From Candidatus Latescibacterota bacterium (GTDB lineage: Bacteria > Latescibacterota > UBA2968 > UBA8231): DNA of 64,000 nt. Within the stretch, counting starts at the first letter, position 1. The number at the start of each line of letters is the position of its first letter. Below, one piece after another: positions 1 through 7,878 of the stretch. Below the pieces are notes generated by a model, which saw nothing but the letters and a program-made list of their open reading frames with translations, was not told the origin of the DNA and did no database searches. Position numbers and translations under genes: made by a program. The stretch lies in assembly GCA_965242865.1 (NCBI GenBank), contig CBDETK010000013.1, positions 5,455,427 to 5,519,426 of the forward strand. The letters run 5' to 3'.

Positions 1-720
1 GGCCCCGAGTTCCTTGGCGGCCGCTGGGAGCAACCCAACCTCCGCGGTGACATCGGCAAAGGTGGCGTTGCCTTGGTTGCGATAGAAGACATCGCGCTGG
101 GGTGCAAAGGCCTCCGGCCCGCAGTACACCGCAATCTCACCGGAGCGGACGCAGGGCTGATGGATTTCGGGGCGGAACGCGGCGTAATTGGCCACGAACA
201 GGTCGAGGTCGCCGTCGCCGTCGTAGTCGGCAAAAGCCGCGCCCGTACTCATCGCCGGGTTGGCTAGGACAGGCCCGGCCACGCCAGCCGCGTCGGTCGC
301 CTCGGCAAACTCCCCGTCGTTGCGGTAGAGGATGTTGGGGCCGTACGCGGTGATGTACAAGTCCAAGTCGCCGTCGCCATCGTAGTCGGCCGCAGCCACG
401 CCTAGCCCATAGCCCGAATGGGCCACGCCGGCCGCGTCGGTTGCCTCTGCGAATTGACCGGTGCCCGCGTTGCGATAGAGCGCGCCCGGGCCGGCGCTGT
501 TGACGAAGTACAGGTCGAGCCACCCATCGGCATCGTAGTCGAAAAAGGCCGCGCCCGACCCCATGGTCTCCATGGGGTACTTTTGCCCTTGCGCCCCATT
601 CTGATGGCGAAAGGCGATCCCGACCTCGGCCGCCACCTCCACGAACTGCACCTCGGCGCGGCCCAGCGCGGCCTGTAGCAGGCCAAAGCAAGCGGCCCCT
701 AAGAGGGCGCGCCGCGTCAC
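1..720 (-). CDS. FG-GAP/VCBS repeat protein (CRTAC1 / ASPIC-UnbV family), N-terminal part; the gene continues beyond the window start
   Basis: Absent from the ORF track because it has no stop in the window. Manual reverse translation from GTG at 720 gives VTRRALLGAACFGLLQAALG (signal-peptide-like). This is followed by repeated units of the type 'AAFFDYDADGWLDLYFVN..LYRN.G.G.F.E.T..AG' and 'DYDGDGDLDLYI/FVAN', the same repeat as in 36141..38225 and 41139..42776. The GTG overlaps the stop of the upstream small ORF (GTGA). Confidence 0.8.
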   Translation of the reverse strand, partial: MTRRALLGAACFGLLQAALGRAEVQFVEVAAEVGIAFRHQNGAQGQKYPMETMGSGAAFFDYDADGWLDLYFVNSAGPGALYRNAGTGQFAEATDAAGVAHSGYGLGVAAADYDGDGDLDLYITAYGPNILYRNDGEFAEATDAAGVAGPVLANPAMSTGAAFADYDGDGDLDLFVANYAAFRPEIHQPCVRSGEIAVYCGPEAFAPQRDVFYRNQGNATFADVTAEVGLLPAAAKELGA

Positions 721-968
721 GGGCACTCGGAGTCCGCGCTGGCTTCGCTGGCCCCGCGCCCGGCGACCATGTTGCGGATCATCTGCGCCACATCGCCAAC
801 GCCCTTGTAGGCCACGGCCGCGACAATGCCGTAAAAGAGGACGCTAGCGACGATAAAAATCGCCTGCCAGACTTCTCGCCAAGGCATCAGCCTACATTCG
901 ACGTAAGCCGCGACCGCGGCGAACAGCAGGGCAAAGCGTACAATGTCTTTCCAGCGTTGGGCTTCCAT
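717..968 (-). CDS. small hydrophobic protein (two predicted TM helices), function unknown
   Basis: 83-aa ORF with two hydrophobic stretches (FALLFAAVAAYV, AIFIVASVLFYGIVAAVAY). It starts 6 nt downstream of the symporter stop, and its own stop overlaps the next start. Confidence 0.5.
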   Translation of the reverse strand: MEAQRWKDIVRFALLFAAVAAYVECRLMPWREVWQAIFIVASVLFYGIVAAVAYKGVGDVAQMIRNMVAGRGASEASADSECP

Positions 969-974
969 AAGGGG

Positions 975-2516
975 TCACTCCATGTTGCTAAAGTCTAACG
1001 GGCGCGGCGGATGCGAGCGCTGGGTGAACGAGGCGACGACCAGCATGGCGAGGCCGCCCAAGACGAGGCTAGTCAGCCCGACGAGGTTGGAGTTTTCGAC
1101 CAACGGCAACAAAAACTCGGGGACCAAGTGCTGGTTTTCGGTCATAATTAGAAAGTTGATCGGCACCAGCGCGCCCAGTATCAGGGCGCAGTACGCCCCC
1201 GGGGTATTGGCCTTTTTCCAATACAGCCCCAAGGCCACGGTGCCGACGCAGCCAGAGAAGTAGATGCTGCCGGTGACGTACATAAAGCGGAAGGCCGTCT
1301 CGGGCAGTTGGTAGAGCGCGCCGAAGAGGGCCAAGAAGGCCGCGAGGATGACGACGATGGCCCGGGTCCAGTAGATCTCGCGCTCGCTCGACAGCCCGCC
1401 CCAAGTGCCATCGGCCTCGCGCCCGCCGCTCGACCGGGCGAGCATGGCCTTGATCGGCGAGACCACGTCGCGGACGATGACGCCGCTCCAAGCCAACAGG
1501 TAGCTGTCGTGGGTGGACATGAAGGCGGCGAACATCCCGGCCATGAGCAGGCCGGCTAGGCCGATGGGCAGGATTTTGCCGAGCATTTCGGGCATGGCGT
1601 AGTGGGGGTCGAGCGCGGGGTCGCCAAAATAGGCCAGCGTCGCGATGCCCCAAAACATCGGCACCATGGCCCGCCCCATGACCGTGGCCGCCGAGATCCA
1701 GAACACGCGGCGGGCCACTCTGGGGCTTTCGGCGCTGAGCGGCCGCATCATTTCGGGTTGCCAAACCACGCCGACCAAGCCGACGCAGAACAAAAACGAG
1801 ATCACCGGGAGGCCGTAGTTGGGATTGGCAATCGGGTCGAAGCCGAGGTCGCCTTTGTGGGTCTCAACGGCTTGGACTATGGTGTCCCAGCCGAGTTGGG
1901 GGTGATTGAGAATGATGTACGTGCCAAAGAAAAAACCCAGTGCCAACAACACGAACTGGGCGAAGTCCGTCAGCACCACCGAGACCATGCCGCCCATTAG
2001 CGTGTAGAAGACGACGATGATCAACATGCCGACCATGACGTAGTTGACGTATTCCCGGTCGAGGCCGGTGAAGCCGACGATGAACTTGCTGCCGAGGATG
2101 GGGAACAGCCCCATGTTGAGGGTGCCGGCGAGGGTGAGGATGATGCCGCCGAGCAGGCGCACGCCGCGGGTGTACTTGAGTTCGTAGAACTCGGGCACGG
2201 TCATCACCTGCAAGTGGCGCAGGCGGCTGACGATAAAGCCGGTGCGACCAATGATTAGCGTGGTGATCAGCGCCATGAGGCCAAAGACAAAGGGCGCGAA
2301 GCCGTACTTAAAGCCCTCCTCGGCCATGTACATGACCGTGACCAACCCGAGCCCGGTCGAGACCATCGTGGCGACGGCCATGTGGGTTTTGAGGCCGCGG
2401 CCGGCGACGAGAAAGTCGGAGATGCCCTTGATGGCACTGCGCGCCAACGTGCCAGCGACGATGGTGCCGCCGACGTAAACGAGGACGATGGCGTAATCGA
2501 TCCAGCTCAGGTGCAT
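975..2516 (-). CDS. sodium:solute symporter family (SSF) transporter
   Basis: 513-aa polytopic membrane ORF. The N-terminus 'IDYAIVLVYVGGTIVAG...ISDFLVAGRGL' and the overall hydrophobic pattern are typical of the SSF family. Confidence 0.88.
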   Translation of the reverse strand: MHLSWIDYAIVLVYVGGTIVAGTLARSAIKGISDFLVAGRGLKTHMAVATMVSTGLGLVTVMYMAEEGFKYGFAPFVFGLMALITTLIIGRTGFIVSRLRHLQVMTVPEFYELKYTRGVRLLGGIILTLAGTLNMGLFPILGSKFIVGFTGLDREYVNYVMVGMLIIVVFYTLMGGMVSVVLTDFAQFVLLALGFFFGTYIILNHPQLGWDTIVQAVETHKGDLGFDPIANPNYGLPVISFLFCVGLVGVVWQPEMMRPLSAESPRVARRVFWISAATVMGRAMVPMFWGIATLAYFGDPALDPHYAMPEMLGKILPIGLAGLLMAGMFAAFMSTHDSYLLAWSGVIVRDVVSPIKAMLARSSGGREADGTWGGLSSEREIYWTRAIVVILAAFLALFGALYQLPETAFRFMYVTGSIYFSGCVGTVALGLYWKKANTPGAYCALILGALVPINFLIMTENQHLVPEFLLPLVENSNLVGLTSLVLGGLAMLVVASFTQRSHPPRPLDFSNME

Positions 2517-2640
2517 GCGTACTCCTGTGGGGCGGTGAATGGGCGGGTAGTAACTAATGGTGTTGAAGCGGTTTCATAACTAGCGTCGGGCCGCCTCAAG
2601 GGACATCAACATGGAAAAGACCGTCTCGATGCGGCCCCAG

Positions 2641-3630
2641 TTAGACGCTACGGTTGTAGATCCAGCTAAACTGTAGCGGCGCGGCGGGCGTTTGCCGGCG
2701 CTCGTTGCGCTCGGCTAGCTTGGCGTAGCGCGGCCCGAGCGAGCACAAGTACTCTTGGGCCGCGGCCGCTTCCCCGGTGAGGCCGGTGAGCGAATCCAAC
2801 CCCCATTGGCGAACTAGGTGCTGGGTGATTTCGGAGTAATGCTTGGCCGTGTACACCCCGAGCCGCTGGGCCACCGTGGAGAAGCGTTCAAAGAGGTTGG
2901 GGCCTTGCCCGTCGGTCATCAGGTGAGCGGGCATGACGACTTGGCGTTTCATCAGGTCGCGGAAGGCCAGTATCGCGCCGTTGGGGTCGAGCTCGAAAAT
3001 TTTCTTGATAAAGCTGGTGTACGCTTTTTCGTGGCGGGCTTCGTCGCCGGCCACGACGCCGCAGATGGTCTTGAGGTGCGAATCGCCGGCCCTTTGCGCC
3101 AAGCGAGCCACATTGCTGTGGGAGATGCGGGTGGCCCGCTCTTGGAAAGACGTATAGACGAAGCCTTTGTAGGGATCTTGGGCGGCCTGCGGGTTGAAGC
3201 CATTGCGCAGCAGGTATTGGATCGTCGTCTCGATGGCGCGCATATCGACGCGGCCGGTGAGGAAGAGGTATTTGTTGAGCAGGTCGCCGTGGCGATTTTC
3301 TTCGGCCGTCCAGCCGCGCGACCACTGGGCCCACGCGCTGGCATCCGTGCCGGTGGTGTCCGACACGCCTTCAAAGCTGTTGAGCAGAGTCTGATAGGTG
3401 GGCAGGGCTTCCTCGGTGATCATGTCGCCGACGAGGACGACGAGGACATCGTCGGGAAGTGCTTGGGCGCGGGCGCGGAACTCGCGGATGGAGTCTTCCC
3501 AGTTTTCCGCGCTCATATTGGGGAGAAAATCGTCGGGCTGCCAACTGTCTTCTACGGGTTTGAGCAACTGGAGCTGGCCTCTGACAAAATCCTCCATGCT
3601 CGCAATGACTTCTCTCTTGTGCGGATTCAA
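2641..3630 (-). CDS. soluble acyl-ACP desaturase (stearoyl-ACP desaturase-like di-iron enzyme)
   Basis: 329 aa with 'LVGDMITEEALPTYQ', 'WTAEENRHGDLLNKYL' and 'VAGDEARHEKAY'. These are the two EENRH/DEARHE di-iron motifs of the FA_desaturase_2 family. Confidence 0.9.
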   Translation of the reverse strand: MNPHKREVIASMEDFVRGQLQLLKPVEDSWQPDDFLPNMSAENWEDSIREFRARAQALPDDVLVVLVGDMITEEALPTYQTLLNSFEGVSDTTGTDASAWAQWSRGWTAEENRHGDLLNKYLFLTGRVDMRAIETTIQYLLRNGFNPQAAQDPYKGFVYTSFQERATRISHSNVARLAQRAGDSHLKTICGVVAGDEARHEKAYTSFIKKIFELDPNGAILAFRDLMKRQVVMPAHLMTDGQGPNLFERFSTVAQRLGVYTAKHYSEITQHLVRQWGLDSLTGLTGEAAAAQEYLCSLGPRYAKLAERNERRQTPAAPLQFSWIYNRSV

Positions 3631-4027
3631 CGGAGTTTCTCCATCACTGAGTGATTGAAAGATACCCTGACCGGGTACGCGGGCGGCATGGTTTATACAT
3701 ACAATAATTGAATATAAGACAAAATGAACAAGTTAAGCTATCGCTTCAAGCGGTTTTCCTCGGTAAGCCTTTTGATACTAATGTTTTATATATGAAACAA
3801 ATGGAAGATAATATAAACTTACGCTTTTGGCCCGTCAACGTGCGGCGCGCTACGCGAGCGAGTGGCTGGCGGCCCCCGCCAAAAGTGGCGAATGCCGCCA
3901 TGAACCCATGTTCCCCTTAAAACTCTATCTGACTGTCTGCCAATAAGTTGTACCCAGCGCAAAGCCGCGGTACGCCTTTTGCTAATAAACCGGGTAGTTC
4001 CCTTACCCCAACAAGGAGGATACCTCG

Positions 4028-4222
4028 GTGAACAAAGGATTTAGTCGGGAGCAAATCGAGCGCGTAGCGCGGATGTACAAATGCAATCAGGACGCCAGCC
4101 GGGCGCTGGGGATCACGATCCGCAGCTTTAGCCGGCTCTGCCGCAAATACGATATTGAATCGCCCTTTGCCCGGCGGCAGCGGCAGTACGGTCGGGCGGC
4201 CCAAAGCACCAAGCCCGAATAG
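4028..4222 (+). CDS. small stand-alone Fis-type (HTH_8-like) DNA-binding protein
   Basis: 64-aa ORF with a GTG start preceded by AAGGAGGA at an 8-nt spacing. 'NQDASRALGITIRSFSRLCRKYDIE' resembles the C-terminal HTH of Fis/NtrC-type regulators. The ORF ends 13 nt before pspA. Confidence 0.55.
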   Translation: MNKGFSREQIERVARMYKCNQDASRALGITIRSFSRLCRKYDIESPFARRQRQYGRAAQSTKPE

Positions 4223-4235
4223 GAGGAGGCATATC

Positions 4236-4901
4236 ATGGGAGCCATAGAGCGGATCGCCGCCATCTGGAAGGCGAACCTCAACGAGGTGTTGGACCGGAT
4301 CGAGGATCCGGCGAAAATGGTGGATCAGATCGTCCGCGACGTAGAGCGCGCCGTTGACCAAGCCGTAGCCGCGCTAGTCAAGGCGCGCGCCACCAAGCGG
4401 CGTCTAGAGCGCGATCTCCAGCGCAACGCCGAGCATATACAGAGGTGGCAAGCAAAGGCCGCGGCCGCAGTAGAGGCCGGCAACGACGAAAGTGCCCGGC
4501 TCGCCTTGATCCAGAAGACGAAGTTGGAGCACGAGCGCGTCGGGCTGGAGCCGGCTCTGGCAGAGCACGGCGATACCGTAGTCCAGCTAGCGGAGCAGGT
4601 CGAGAGCTTGCGTCAAAAGCTGCGCGATGTCCGGGCGCGGCGGAGCAAGCTGATCGCCCGCTGTTGCGCCGAGCGCGACCGCGGTGCCGCCGGCGGAGAA
4701 GACGCGACCACGCTCCGTTTTGCCGCGATCTCGCAGCGGGTGCAGCAAAGCGAATGCGAGCTGGCGCGTTTTGAGGAACAGGTGGATCGGGCCGTTGCTG
4801 AGGCCGAAGTGCTGCGCGAACTAGCGGCTGAACGCCGCGCCGAGCGCGACCGCAAGGTCGCAGAGGAACTGGCCGCGCTAAAAGCGGAAAAGGCATCGTA
4901 A
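4236..4901 (+). CDS. pspA: PspA/IM30 family membrane-stress protein
   Basis: The ATG at 4236 is preceded by AGGAGGAGG. 'IERIAAIWKANLNEVLDRIEDPAKMVDQIVRDVERAVDQA' is the canonical PspA/IM30 N-terminus, and the rest is a long coiled coil. The upstream part of track ORF 4155.. is R/P-rich and overlaps the HTH gene. Confidence 0.9.
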   Translation: MGAIERIAAIWKANLNEVLDRIEDPAKMVDQIVRDVERAVDQAVAALVKARATKRRLERDLQRNAEHIQRWQAKAAAAVEAGNDESARLALIQKTKLEHERVGLEPALAEHGDTVVQLAEQVESLRQKLRDVRARRSKLIARCCAERDRGAAGGEDATTLRFAAISQRVQQSECELARFEEQVDRAVAEAEVLRELAAERRAERDRKVAEELAALKAEKAS

Positions 4902-4918
4902 AGGAGAGGAGGTCCGTC

Positions 4919-5293
4919 ATGTTGGCCAGAATACTAGGTGCGATACTGCTCATTGGGGGCGTTGTTTGGTCGATCAAGCTAATTTGGCCCGTATTCGGCG
5001 GTTTGTTTGGTTTGCTCGGCGCAGTTGTGGTCGGCCTCTTGGCGGCCGGGGCACTCTACGTGGGCCTGCGCTGGCTGCGCGGCGAGAGCCTCTTGGGCCG
5101 GGTTGTCGGGGCCTTGGTCCTACTCGTCGGCGTCGGGCTGGCCTTTAAGGCCGTGTTGAGCTTGGCGTCTAGCGTCTTTGGGATCGCGTTTTTGCTTTTG
5201 CAGGTCGCTTTGGTGCTGGCGATGATCTACGTGGGCTGGCGGTGGCTGGACAACGGCGAGTTTAGCCTGCGAGGACGAGGCGACTATATCTAA
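4919..5293 (+). CDS. PspA-associated integral membrane protein (about 4 TM helices)
   Basis: 124 aa, almost entirely hydrophobic helices. It starts 17 nt after the pspA stop and has an upstream AGGAGAGGAGG. Confidence 0.6.
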   Translation: MLARILGAILLIGGVVWSIKLIWPVFGGLFGLLGAVVVGLLAAGALYVGLRWLRGESLLGRVVGALVLLVGVGLAFKAVLSLASSVFGIAFLLLQVALVLAMIYVGWRWLDNGEFSLRGRGDYI

Positions 5294-5343
5294 AGGCGGT
5301 TTTGGAAGAGCCGGAGCTAGGGGGCGGTGAGGGTGGAGCAGTC

Positions 5344-5372
5344 TTGACTTTGTATGGTATGGTCATTATAAA
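5344..5372 (+). promoter_or_regulatory. candidate sigma70-type promoter (TTGACT - 17 nt - TATAAA)
   Basis: TTGACT at 5344-5349, a 17-nt spacer, and TATAAA at 5367-5372, about 115 nt upstream of the ParA-like ORF. Motif match only. Confidence 0.3.
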
Positions 5373-5486
5373 GGACAGGCAGCAGGTACTATACCTTATC
5401 TCACAAATGCCCATCCTCCCGTAGTATGGGGCGTCCACAAGGGACGCCTCATACCTTTAACCCTCTTAACTAAGGAAGGTACTTAT

Positions 5487-6018
5487 ATGGCCAATAAACA
5501 AGGTCCTGTTTGCGTTTCAGTGATTAACATGAAAGGGGGCGTTGGCAAGACTACAATCGCGACAATGCTGGCTCGCCATGCGACCCTCATGTCCCGCAAA
5601 GTTCTAGCAACTGACTTGGACCCACAGGCTAACCTGTCTCAAGCCCTTATGGGAGGTCGTGCTTATAAGGAGTTCCTAGAGCACAAATCCCCGTCAGTTG
5701 TCGAGGTATTTAAGGAGTATCAGCCCCCAACTCCCGATAAGCCATAATCGAGGCCACTTGATTGATGTCATCGGCGTAGTCATCAATAATTCTACTTATC
5801 ACTATAGTGGCAACCGTGGAGGGCCTGAAGCACAGAGATCAAAGAAGGAAATATGTGCGGAAGCAGCTAAGAATGGATGGCACGTGTTCGAGTCCGAGCT
5901 CCCTTTCTCCCGAGGATTTCCCAAAATAATGCGCGGCGCTTTCAGTCATATTGGAGATGCTGCATACTTTCGGTGTTTTGCGGAAAAATTTTTCGCAAGA
6001 CTCTTTAACGGAGGTTGA
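5487..6018 (+). pseudogene. ParA/Soj-like P-loop ATPase, internally deleted and frame-shifted
   Basis: ORF 5487..5747 carries the deviant Walker A 'NMKGGVGKTT' and 'ATDLDPQANLS'. ORF 5698..6018, in another frame, resumes with the ParA C-terminal 'VIGVVINN...'. The Walker B region (hhhhDcPP) between them is missing. Confidence 0.7.
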
Positions 6019-6024
6019 GAGCGT

Positions 6025-6570
6025 ATGAAGAATCCTATTGAAGCAGCACTGCGCCCAATAGTCCGCCAGTATGGCTTAGGGAGTGTTCTCGAATCGCTGG
6101 GGAGAATTGCGGACGCTCAAGGCGAAAGTTCTGGGCAGCCCAGAGGATCGTCCGATGCCGATAAGGGGAAAAAGCCCAAGAAGCGAAGTGTAAAAGCTAC
6201 GGCACCGGAATACGTTTCCAAGTTGGAACTCTCCTCAGAGAAGATCTCTCCAGTAGCTAATCTTGCGGAGTGCTTTGAGCGCAAGGCGTTTTTGCCCACT
6301 TTCGGCGATATTGCTCACTTCTGTCAGATATACGGAATTGAGGTGCCGGCCTCTAAGACTCGCGCAAGTGCCATCCCAAGAGTTTTCAAGCACCTAGCGG
6401 CGATGGAAACCGAAGAAATTCAAAGGATATTGGACGATGGGCTATTCTCCGGCCCATCGCGTTTGGGGCCTATTGCGGATGCAATCCGGCGCAATGGCAG
6501 GGGCAGCACTTCGCCTGCCTCCTCGTCAGTGCGAAACTCTCCTCTCCAGCCTACCGAGAGACATCCATAG
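6025..6570 (+). CDS. hypothetical protein downstream of the ParA relic
   Basis: 181-aa ORF with lower GC than the flanks. It starts 6 nt after the ParA-like stop. No recognisable motif. Confidence 0.45.
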   Translation: MKNPIEAALRPIVRQYGLGSVLESLGRIADAQGESSGQPRGSSDADKGKKPKKRSVKATAPEYVSKLELSSEKISPVANLAECFERKAFLPTFGDIAHFCQIYGIEVPASKTRASAIPRVFKHLAAMETEEIQRILDDGLFSGPSRLGPIADAIRRNGRGSTSPASSSVRNSPLQPTERHP

Positions 6571-6636
6571 CCCAGCAACGGCGAGTTTAGCCTGCGGCGA
6601 TGGAGAGTTTGAGGGCCTAAAAAGGGATTAAAGTGC

Positions 6637-6690
6637 TTGACAACTGCACTTGTGTTCAGTATATTGGTTGCTACTGAACACAAGTGCAGT
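6637..6690 (+). promoter_or_regulatory. near-consensus promoter (TTGACA-17-TATATT) overlapped by a 19-bp perfect inverted repeat (candidate operator)
   Basis: TTGACA at 6637-6642, a 17-nt spacer, and TATATT at 6660-6665. ACTGCACTTGTGTTCAGTA (6643-6661) is the exact reverse complement of TACTGAACACAAGTGCAGT (6672-6690), with a 10-nt spacer. Confidence 0.45.
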
Positions 6691-6762
6691 AATTGCTCAA
6701 AATGATCCCCCACGTCCTCTCTGGCACCGCCCTGAGTGCCAGTACTCCCTAGGAGGTTTCCA

Positions 6763-7056
6763 ATGCACAGGCAGCGTGCATTCCCCACATCCCCCTCGGT
6801 CGCCCGGCTGGGCGGGGAGCTCAGCGCAGTCATCAATCGGGTGCGGAGTGCTTTCGGGCCCATTCCCATGCGCGGCTCGGCCGGCCGGCCCCAAGTTCAG
6901 CGGGCCGAGCAAGTCGTCGATCAAACCGCCCGTCAGCTCCTCCGCGGCGAAGCGGATTGGAGCGCGTGGTATCGGGTGCTGCGTCAGTACGAAGACGCTT
7001 GGATGCTAGAGCTGGAAAGGATGCGCAGCACCCGAGCCGAGCGCTGTGCGGCTTGA
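6763..7056 (+). CDS. hypothetical protein (97 aa)
   Basis: The ATG at 6763 is preceded by AGGAGG with a 6-nt spacing. The ORF lies downstream of the palindrome/promoter. No recognisable motif. Confidence 0.4.
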   Translation: MHRQRAFPTSPSVARLGGELSAVINRVRSAFGPIPMRGSAGRPQVQRAEQVVDQTARQLLRGEADWSAWYRVLRQYEDAWMLELERMRSTRAERCAA

Positions 7057-7058
7057 GG

Positions 7059-7322
7059 CTAATCGAGGTGGATCTCGTCCACTTTGCCGACGATGGCCGC
7101 GTCCGTAGGCAGTGGAGGGGCAAAAGCATTGCAGGCTTCGCGGGCGACTTCGACGATCACGGCGTCGCCCTCGCGCAGGGCCGCCCAAGTCGCGCAGACC
7201 TCGGCCTCGCCCGTAAGCGCTAGGTGCTCGTTGAGGTCTTGGGTCAGGTGCAATATCTGGCCGCGGAACGGCTCAATGCACTGCGAGAGCACTACAGTGC
7301 CCACCACCTTGGCCAGCTTCAC
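7059..7322 (-). CDS. BMC-P (EutN/CcmL family) microcompartment vertex protein, copy 3
   Basis: GTG at 7322 preceded by GAGGAGG. 'VKLAKVVGTVVLSQ...AAIVGKVDEI' matches the EutN/CcmL fold pattern. The start overlaps the stop of copy 2 (GTGA). Confidence 0.78.
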   Translation of the reverse strand: MKLAKVVGTVVLSQCIEPFRGQILHLTQDLNEHLALTGEAEVCATWAALREGDAVIVEVAREACNAFAPPLPTDAAIVGKVDEIHLD

Positions 7323-7579
7323 GCGACCGCCTCCTCGTCGATAATTCCCACGATCACGCTCCTGCACGGGGGGCGTTTGGCCCCGGTCACCTCGGCCCCG
7401 GCCGCCCCGGACTGAACGACCAACACGCTGCTGCCGATCCCGGCTTGGACTCCATCCACCGCCACCTGCAAAGCACCGCCTTCCTCGCCTTCGGGGCGCA
7501 CCACCATGATCTTCTGCCCGGCGAGCGCGGGATGTTTGCTGCTGGCGACTACGTGGCCAATGACGCGGCAGACCTTCAT
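7319..7579 (-). CDS. BMC-P (EutN/CcmL family) microcompartment vertex protein, copy 2
   Basis: 'MKVCRVIGHVVASSKHPALAGQKIMVV...VIVGIIDE' from the ATG at 7579. The upstream part of track ORF 7319..7927 is R-rich and overlaps copy 1. There is an ATGA overlap with the copy 1 stop. Confidence 0.8.
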   Translation of the reverse strand: MKVCRVIGHVVASSKHPALAGQKIMVVRPEGEEGGALQVAVDGVQAGIGSSVLVVQSGAAGAEVTGAKRPPCRSVIVGIIDEEAVA

Positions 7580-7878
7580 GCGACTTGCTTCTCTAGGGCG
7601 CGTCCAAACGCCTGTAGCGAATCCACGATACCGATGATCAGCGCATCTACTGGCACCTGCTCCATGCCCGGGGCCTGCCGCGCCGAGCTGCCCTGCACGA
7701 CGACGACGAGTTCGCCTTCGCCCGCTTGCACCGCGTCGATGCAGACGAGGTGTTTCTCGGTGTGCTGCAAGCCCTCGGGCGTGGCGGCGAGGATTTCGAC
7801 GATGAGTAGTTTCTCGCCCTCGAGGGCCTCTACCTTGGCGCTGGAAACCACGCGCCCTTTGACGAGGCCGAGTATCAC
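7576..7878 (-). CDS. BMC-P (EutN/CcmL family) microcompartment vertex protein, copy 1
   Basis: 'ILGLVKGRVVSS...VVVVQGSSARQA...PVDALIIGIVD' closely parallels E. coli EutN ('GSSARQA...PVD..VIGIVD'). The GTG start overlaps the ispH stop (GTGA). Confidence 0.85.
   Translation of the reverse strand: MILGLVKGRVVSSAKVEALEGEKLLIVEILAATPEGLQHTEKHLVCIDAVQAGEGELVVVVQGSSARQAPGMEQVPVDALIIGIVDSLQAFGRALEKQVA

Noticed and set aside
137-691. Track ORFs 137..691(-), 402..686(-), 73..267(+), 102..353(+) and 418..678(+) at the window start.
   Set aside because: They are Arg/Pro/Gly-rich translations in wrong frames of the FG-GAP repeat gene. The real minus-strand frame (GTG at 720, open to position 1) gives clean FG-GAP repeats.
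3708-3920. 70-aa ORF in the AT-rich spacer upstream of the desaturase.
   Set aside because: It has no RBS, lies in a probable promoter region, and changes from AT-rich to GC-rich composition midway. It looks like a chance ORF.
4155-4235. Longer start (4155) for pspA, and likewise 9201 for the guanylyltransferase-like gene, 39448 for HAD, 40263 for the FGE-like gene, 49114 for vWA, 49754 for PP2C, 52285 for the sulfatase and 61446 for the TPR gene.
   Set aside because: The upstream extensions are R/P/G-rich, overlap the preceding gene, and lack a Shine-Dalgarno. Internal ATGs sit behind good RBSs or at the start of signal peptides or homology.
6643-6690. The 19-bp palindrome as a rho-independent terminator of 6025..6570.
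   Set aside because: The hairpin would be strong but is followed by AATTGCTCAAAATG, not a U-tract. Its left arm coincides exactly with the spacer of a TTGACA/TATATT promoter. I retain it as an operator candidate, though the terminator role is not fully excluded.
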